Shown: positions 48,675-56,140 of the stretch, one piece after another
Layout of the letters: each line of letters begins with the position of its first letter
How positions within the stretch are numbered: the first letter of the stretch is position 1
DNA from: Macrostomum lignano
Taxonomy: Eukaryota
DNA: 56,140 nucleotides
Assembly: GCA_002269645.1 (NCBI GenBank)
Contig: NIVC01002031.1
Location: 1-56,140 of the forward strand
Reading direction: 5' to 3'
The notes under the pieces: model-generated
Databases searched by the model: none
Told to the model about the DNA's origin: nothing
The model's input: only the letters and a program-made list of their open reading frames with translations
Made by a program: the position numbers and the translations under genes

Positions 48675-51600
48675 TCAATACCTCATCGGTTTGAATGTAG
48701 AATCGCTGTCAATGTAAAAGGTGACGCTTCGAGTCGACAAATTACCTTCGATTACTAAATCAAAGAAATCAATGCTTACTCCGTATTATATGTATGATTG
48801 TCCACCATATCTGGCTCGACTGTACTGCCTCGACGGGACCTGCTAATCACGGAGTTGAGAAAGTTAGGTTTATCTGTTTACGGCCTCAAAGAATGTTAAC
48901 AGAATGTTCAGTGTTAATACCTGACTGCCTGTGAAATACGTTCGCTGTTCGTGATGCCGGCGACAGTCAGTATGAACGCTACGATCAGAATGACACCACC
49001 GACAGTTGCTAAGGCAATGATGAGGGTCTGCTGATTCGGCTCCGCAGGTTTCTCTGCTGTCTCGCAAAGTCGTCCGCTGAATCCATCGGGACACTGGCAT
49101 CTGTAGCTGCCAAATTCGTTCACGCAGGTGCTGCCGCTCGCGCAGTCGGACTTGCCCTCGCACTCGTCTACATCGATCTCGCATCGGCTGCCTGTTAATC
49201 CCACGGCACAGATGCAGTTGAATCCGCCGAAGGTGTTCAGGCAGGTGCCGCCGATGCCGCAAGGTGAGGCCGATATCTCGCACTCGTCAGCGTCTGCCTC
49301 GCAGCGACTGCCGACAAAGTTTCCTGGACAGAGACAACTGAACCCGCCGAATGTGTTTTGACAAGTGCCTCCGTTCAGACACAGCGAAGTCCCATTCTCA
49401 CACTCATTCACATCTGCCTCACAACGGGCGCCTGTGAAGTTTGGCGGACAACTGCAGTTGAATGCACCGAATGTGTTCAGACAGGTGCCTCCATTATGAC
49501 ACGGGGAAGTGCCTGAATCACACTCGTTCACGTCCCAGCCGCAGAGGCTTCCAGTAAAGCCCGAAGGACAGTTGCAGTTGAATCCGCCAAAGGTGTTAAT
49601 ACAGGTACCTCCGTTCAGACAGAGTGAAGTTCCTGTGTCGCACTCGTCCACGTCAGTCTCACAAAGACTGCCATTAAAGTTTGGGGGACAACTGCAGTTG
49701 AATGCACCGAATTTGTTTAGACAGGTGCCTCCATTCTGACACGGGAAAGTGCCTGAATCACACTCGTTCACGTCCGAGCCGCAGAGGCTGCCAGTAAAAC
49801 CCGAAGGACAGTTGCAGTTGAATCCGCCAAAGGTGTTAATACACGTACCTCCGTTCAGACAGAGTGAGGTTCCTGTGTCGCACTCGTTCACGTCAGTCTC
49901 ACAAAGACTGCCATTAAAGTTCGGCGGGCAGCTGCAGTTGAATCCGCCAAAAGTGTTGATGCAGGTGCCATTGTTCTGGCACGGTGGAATGTCTAGAGCG
50001 CATTCGTTCAGATCCTCACAACGACTGCCAGTAGAGTTTTCCGGGCAGACACAATCGAATCCTCCATAGGTGTTTAGGCACGTTCCTCCATTCGAGCAGG
50101 TCGGCAGATCAAGTTCGCATTCGTTGACATCCGTCTCGCAGCGGCTTCCGTTGAAGTTTGGCGTGCAGGTGCAGTTGGCAATGTCGCCGACATTGGAACA
50201 GGTGCCTCCGTTGTAGCACGGGCTTTCGAGACACGGAATCAGTCGGGTGCAGTTGGTGCCCATCCAGTCTGTAAACGTATTACAATTAAAAATGCAAACA
50301 TTTCAGCAGCAGTCAACAAACTAAAAGACACATATTAGTAGTGACCTCGAAGCTCACCTGACATGCAAACTTTGTTGCCATTAGAATCGCAGGTATAGTG
50401 GCCTGTAGAGTCATTGCGAGGCTTGCAAAGTGTGTTACAGTCCAGTCCGTAGTAATGGCTGTGGCAGGTGTACCAATAGGTAATTGATAGCCTGTGGTGC
50501 CTCGGAGAACTGTAGATGTCCATGTTTCTCCTTACTGAGTCAGCCCGAGCCGGTAGACTTGCGTAGAAATGGTCCATATGGTCGTCGTAAAATTCGTCTT
50601 TGTCCATCGCGACAACCGTTATTTGTATGCTGCCCTGTTAATGTTAGAAATGTTGAGATGTGGCGTTCTGGTCACAGATATATTGTACTGTAGGTAGCTA
50701 TACAAACTAAAAGTACTAAGATTGCATACCGGATTCCAGTAGGGCATGTCTATAACGACTGGATTGGCAATTTCACCGAACCTGCCGCCGAAGTTGACAA
50801 TGTCCGAATCCCCATAGTATCCAGCTTGACCGTAGTTAAATAGATTGTTCCTGTGGGCAGGAATTTCGAATGGCAATCGTTAACTCAAGGTAAATTCAAT
50901 AACTCTCCCGCCAAAACTACTAAGTAGAATTAGACTAGTAATCTTAGCCCCCACATGGGTAGACAACGGAAGAAGTAGTAAGATTAAAAACTCTTAGAGA
51001 TTGATCTCTAATCCTTGGCAGCTCAGAATTCCCCCTTGAGCCAGTGAAATCCTAATAAATTCTTCACGGAAATCCCTAGGGAATGCCTTAGGAATGCCTT
51101 GGGAATCTCAGCATTCTACATTTATCGATGGCATTTCAGCAATTCCAGCGTAGTCTTAGCAACCCCCCCCCCCCAAAAAATGAGCTATATAATCTCAGCA
51201 AAATATCGAGGCACAGCTAAATTTTTTCAATCCACAATTATTAAACAAAGCATCCCATATTATTTAATCTACAGTGCTTGTTGGTTTAGTTGCCAAAAAC
51301 AAATTCAAACAGGGTCTTTTTAACATTACACCGATGGATGGATGGTTAGCATGTCTGTCGGATTGCTGTAGGGAGCGAAAGCACAAGCAGAACTTATTAA
51401 TCTACCGTGAACATCTCTTTCTAAAGGCCCTCGTCAGCAGCAATAATTTACCCTCCGGCGTTGGTCCTGTCAGCAAAGAGTTGGAATTTCGGATCGCAGG
51501 CTGACTCTCTCCAGGAAAAGAACGTGTCGCAGTACGTCCCGTCCGAGGCTCTGCTGTCATGATTATAGTAGGTGTGGAATTGTACATGCATGGACCCAGT

Positions 51601-51763
51601 ACCGCCGACCTGTAGCAGATTGCGATTAAGGAACCATTGTAATCAAAGTTTGCCATTGCCACACCTAGTATGTTTGCAAAAGGATTTGCGAGTAACTTAC
51701 GGTTCCACACAAAAGAACGATTAAAAAAGCGACCGTCGATGAGATTGAATTTAAACGGCACAT
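48675..51763 (-). CDS. DSL-family paralog E: signal peptide, C2, DSL, 10 EGF, TM, tail with DNHTY
   Basis: Exons (minus): 51763-51701, 51609-51452, 50850-50730, 50634-50358, 50268-48921, 48839-48780, 48705-48675 (last exon less certain). DSL: [45 protein letters not shown]: [24 protein letters not shown]. Confidence 0.86.
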
Positions 51764-52214
51764 TTCGTTAAACTTGAGGAATTTTTTTCAAACAGAGCCT
51801 TACGAGCCTTACTGTTTTATAGCCAATACTAGGACACATACACTGGTACCTTTGTGTGCTTGTAGGGGGTCCACTTTAGCTCAGGTGCTATCTAGTGTAT
51901 ATTTTTAAGAAACTTGTTTATCTACAAAATCTATTTATTTGGACTTTACCATCAACGAGTAGATGCAGTAAATCTATTTATGGATATGCAGCATCAACTA
52001 TATCAGCTTAACTGGACACTTTTTGATGAGTTTGAACAAGAAAAGAAAAAACATCCTTGTGCCTTGCGTTTTTATTGCACAGAGATGCGTTTTTATTGTC
52101 GATTGCATATATAGAATAAATTGACTGTTACCTAGTGCAAACTGTGCACCAGCTGACTTGTGCAACATTCTGTAAACATTGAATACAATTGAAAAGGTAC
52201 CTGTGCATCTGAAC

Positions 52215-52501
52215 GCACGCGAAGGTGTATTCAGCACGCCAGTGAAGTATGAGACAGACCAGGCCTATGGGCTACGGTCTGCGATGCTTCACGCCTGCCC
52301 CTATCTTCAGCAGGTCAAGGCTGGAGAGGGAGGTCTGCACCCGCTATTTGCCGCTGGCAGCCGCAGACCCCCCCTCACGCTGTTTCACAAGTCGACCCAG
52401 GGTACTCGTCCCCGCGTGTGTTCAAGGCAGACCCTAGGGCTGCTGGACAGACTGGGCTCCGACGCTGGCGACCCATCCAGTGGCTTCGGCCAAATTTGGG
52501 T
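52215..52501 (+). ncRNA. Candidate HDV-like (CPEB3-type) self-cleaving ribozyme at the retrotransposon 5' end
   Basis: P1 GCACGCG (52215-52221) pairs with CGCGUGU (52413-52419) with a G1.U wobble. P2 ACCCA (52395-52399) pairs with UGGGU (52497-52501). P3 GGG/CCC encloses L3 UACUCGU. G52420 is available for P1.1. J4/2 is C-C-A-A-A (52490-52494). Folded by eye only. Confidence 0.7.
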
Positions 52502-52683
52502 ATGCGGGTCTGGCTTGCCAGCCTGCAGGCCGTGGTACTGCTTAACGTACCCCCTTATGCCTAAGGTGTTTGACCGTGCCGATGGGCTGGAAGGCCGGGG
52601 GGTTGTCCGGTCGCTAGCGGTCCTTTTCTTTTTCTTCTTTCCTCTTTTTTTGTGACTCAGCTCACTCCTTCCCGCTTTCAGCT

Positions 52684-53772
52684 ATGGCGTCATCCGCCTC
52701 TTTCAACCCCGCTGAAGCCGGGGCCCCGGCAACTCCGGCCGGTGACTCTGGCACCAGCGCCGCCCCACCGGGGGCAGATGGGCTTGCCGCCGGCTCGGCC
52801 GGTGACATGCCCGCACGCGCAACCGGGCCCTCCGCTGAAGCCCGACGCACCCGCAACCAACGCCGCAACGAGCGGCGACGGCGACTACGGGTACTGCGGG
52901 CCGGCCACCGGCGGAGGGGAACCTAGGGAGGGCGAGGCTGCTGTTGGGCCGAAAGGAACCACAGCAACCCCTGCCCCCAGGATACAACCCCCGCTGGTGA
53001 GCCACCCAGTATATCTGCTACAAGCGCGGCCGGGCCTTCGGGAACCGCCGCCACCAACTACGCCTCAAAGGTCAAGCTCCAACCGGCGGTCATCGTCTTC
53101 GGGGAAGAGCAGGACCTCACGGCCGACGAGCTCGACAGTGCCTGGCGCACCATCGATGCTGCGCTCATCGACCAGCTCCTGGCGGGCCGCCCTGTGAGCG
53201 TGGTCAAGTCTGCCAAGACCGACGGCTGCATCTTCATCTGGTGCAGCTCGGAGGAGAGCAGCCGCAATCTACGCGAGCTTCTGCCAAAGCTGAACTGGCC
53301 CAAGAAGCTCGGCAAGCTCGTCTTCGCCAGCGAGGGCGAACGACAGAAGACCCAGCGCTTTCGCGTCTGGATCCCGGCCGGCAGTGCCATTAAGTCCGGA
53401 GATCAGCTTAGGCAAATATTGCTAAAGCTGCACCCCGACCTTGAGGTCAACGGGCTCCTACACCACGCCACTTCCCGCAAGGAGAAGGGGGCTACGGTGA
53501 TCCTAGGGCTCTCTGATGACTGGGCTAAGCGCTTGCCGCCTAAGTCCACAATTCATATTGGTCTGACTCAGCTGACCATCCTCCGTTGCGAGGAGCGGAA
53601 AGCTGATGAAGCCAAGAATGCCAAAGCTTCCGAAACCGGAACTGGGGCCCAGGCTCCTCCGGCAAAGAAGCCGAGGCAAACGGCCGATCCTATGCCGGTA
53701 AGGCAGTTCGCGCTGCTGAAACCGGAAATCGCAATCGCAGACCCGCCAGGAGCACCCGGAGGTCCGGCCTGA
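52684..53772 (+). pseudogene. Retrotransposon ORF1 (gag-like), frameshifted
   Basis: ATG at 52684. An Arg-rich RRTRNQRRNERRRRLR segment. Reading switches frame near 52920-53010 into NYASKVKLQPAVIVF...DELDSAWR...RFRVWIP...TIHIGLTQLTILR. Confidence 0.7.
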
Positions 53773-54128
53773 TCCAGCGCGCGCTGGACCAGGCCAAGAA
53801 CCTTCGTGCGCATCGTGAGCGGGCCCGCGCTTCTCGCGCTCCACCCAACAGCCAGAAGGCCAGACTCTAAGCGGGAGGCTCCGACCGACTGGTTCGAGTC
53901 TGTGACTCACCAGGAGGCTGGCGCCACCCGCATCGACCTGACCGACGAGGCAGAGGGGACGGGCAGTGACAGCACCGAAGCACGCAGGGAGGCGACGGTA
54001 ACGTCCACGCTGGGCTCACGCCGCGGAGGACTCCACAGCCACCCTAACTGCTGAGGACGCTGAAACTCCCATGGAGGTCTGCGGGTCACCCACCACTGAA
54101 AAGGAGGAGGATGACCTGCTCAACGATT

Positions 54129-56140
54129 CCCAACTGCGTGATAATGATCAGCGACCAAGGAATCCATTGCCTGCAGATTAATCTGCAGCACTGCGTCGCA
54201 GCCTCGGTCAACCTTATGCGTTACGCCGAGCTCGACAAGCCGGGGCTCATCCTCGTCCAGGACCCCTGGACTCTCAGAGGTAAGCCTCAGAACGCCCCTG
54301 CTGGCTACAATTGTTTTTATACTTGCCCTCGCGAGGCCAACCAGCCTCCCAGAGCTTGCATCTTTGCGAGCAAAACGCTCAGTGCGTGGCTCAGATCGGA
54401 CCTGTCCAACAGGGACATCTGCGTCATCCAATCCGAGGACCTTCTTCCTGGGAAGACCACCCTCATTGCCTCGGTTTACCTACCAGGCGATGCTGCGGTC
54501 GTCCCCAGAGCCCTCGCTACGCTGGTAGAGCTCTGCTCTGCCAAAAACTACGAGCTCATGGTTGCCGGCGACATCAACGCCCACCACACTCACTGGGGCA
54601 GCACTGGCATTAATCAGAGAGGCGAAGACCTCCTAGCCTACGTTGCCTCTACGACCCTCGAGTTCTGCAACTCTGGTCCACCCCTACCTTTGACAACGGA
54701 CGGTGGTCGGAGGTGATCGACGCTACGCTCGCAACGCCCAGACTCTACCAGAGTATTGGAGCGTGGCGGTGCTTCCAGTGTCCTCACTCTCGATCACAAG
54801 TTCATCTCCTTCAACCTAATGGCCGCGCGTAGCGCAACTCGTGTTACGTGGAGACGGAACGCCAGAAATACGGATTGGGAAACCTTCGGGCTCGCCCTGA
54901 AGGAATTCCATCGGTCTCCTGGCCAACCATCCACGATCACGTCGTGCCGAGAGGCGGATGAGTGCGCGACTGTTTTGACAGAGACGCTAACCGCCGCCTT
55001 TGAGGCGTCCTGCCCTTTAAAAGCCTATAAAGGGAAAAATCGGCGCCGTGGTGGAATCCCGAGCTCGGCAACCTCCGTCGCAGGGCTAAGAGACTCCACC
55101 GCAGAGCAACTAAAACTAAGAGCCCTGCAGACCAAACGCCTATCATGAAGCAATTCATGAGTTTAAAAGGAGGTTAGGAATGCAAAGGCTCAAAAATGGC
55201 GACAATACTGTGAGGAGCTAGAGGGCTCACGCCCCACCTCCAGAGTTGTGAAAGCGCTCACGCTGGACAAAATGTCTAAGCTCTCCTCGGTCAAACGCAC
55301 CGACGGTACGTCCACGGACAACCCAGGGGAAACGCTTGATGTAATGCTCACTGCGTTTTTCCCCAACGAGCCAGCTAACCAGACCACTCCGGATCACTCG
55401 GAGGGAGGTCACGCGCTGGCTGCCTCTATCATCACGGAGGACCGCATTGTGAGAGCGGCAAATTCCTTCAAGCCTTTCAAAGCCAGGACCCGACGGCATT
55501 GTACCGGCCCTTCTAAGAGAGGCGGTTAAATGCCCAGGCTTCCTGCGCAAACTTTGCAGCCTTCTTCGGGCATGCATCACGCTTGGTTATGTCCCACAGG
55601 CTTGGACCGAGGCAAAGGTGATCTTTATCCCTAAGCCAGGCCGCTCGGACTACCATTCTATCAAATCCTTCAGACCGATCAGCTTGACCTCCTCCCTGGT
55701 CAAGCTGATGGAGAGACTGGTGCTTTGGCGCCTTCTCTCTGTTGAGCTGAAGAACAAACCTCTCAGCGAGAACCAGCACGCTTTTCGGGCGGGTCGCTCC
55801 ACTGAAAGCGCGCTGCACGTCCTGGTCGATAAACTCGAGAAGCCGTGCTTGGTAATGGCTTTGCTCTGGGGATCTTCCTGGATATCATTGGCGCCTTCGA
55901 TAACGTCCTCTTTGAGGCGTTCCGAAGAGCTCTTTGTGAGAGGCAAACGCACTCACATCTCACCAGATGGATCATGTACATGATCAGCCATCGCACGGCC
56001 ACCGCCAGTCTGCTGGGCTACCAGAGGACGGTCCCCGTCTGCAAAGGTAGCCCGCAAGGTGGGGTGCTGTCTCCAGTTCTCTGGAATATGGTCATCGATG
56101 AGCTCCTCCGGGATGTTCGGCCTGACCCATTCTGAAAGTT
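54129..56140 (+). pseudogene. Retrotransposon ORF2 (AP endonuclease and reverse transcriptase), frameshifted, incomplete at the window end
   Basis: Motifs are spread over ORFs 54111-54716, 54756-55148, 55248-55529, 55618-55983 and 55845-56135 in different frames. Confidence 0.85.

Larger units (their letters stand above)
52215..56140 (+). mobile_element. Non-LTR retrotransposon (LOA/R1/I-group-like), 5'-complete, multiply frameshifted, continues beyond the window
   Basis: ORF1 fragments at 52684-53772 (the C-terminal part resembles LOA-type ORF1). ORF2 from ~54130 has APE motifs (QINLQH, VQDPW, SVYLP, GDINAHH..WGS) and RT motifs (IFIPKPG, FRPISLTS, QHAFRAGRST, FLDIIGAFDNV, GSPQGGVLSP). Confidence 0.9.

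Noticed and set aside
31035-50069. Antisense ORFs over the EGF exons (e.g. 31035-31346, 41423-41734, 49128-50069)
   Set aside because: They are shadow frames of Cys/Gly-rich coding sequence, repeated only because the sense exons are paralogous.
29995-51763. Notch receptor or fibrillin-type call for the EGF arrays
   Set aside because: There are no LNR, ankyrin or TB domains, and each EGF run is preceded by C2 and DSL exons and followed by a TM and short tail.

Overview
Animal genomic DNA with GT-AG spliceosomal introns and introns filled with minisatellites. The style resembles a free-living flatworm such as Macrostomum, but that is inference only. Gene models were assembled by hand from splice sites and reading-phase checks. 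(1) A 7-exon macoilin gene (minus strand, ~3.1-14.4 kb) with two apparent 1-nt deletions. (2) A 4-exon T-box gene most like the Tbx6 group (minus, 19.0-23.8 kb). (3) A cluster of five atypical Delta/Serrate/LAG-2 (DSL)-domain genes (30-51.8 kb): signal peptide, C2/MNNL, DSL, 2-10 EGF repeats and, in four of five, a TM segment with a short NxxY-bearing, lysine-poor tail. None has a DOS motif, and one copy is truncated or secreted. (4) An intact Chapaev-like DDE transposon with a RAG1-N-terminus-like zinc finger, CACA(A/G)TG ends and a 4-bp TSD, sitting between two head-to-head DSL genes. (5) A frameshifted LOA-like non-LTR retrotransposon running off the right edge, whose 5' end folds as an HDV-like self-cleaving ribozyme. 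There are also three tRNA-derived CORE-type SINE copies, a ~155-bp palindrome and many tandem repeats. Most long ORFs in the supplied track are repeat translations.
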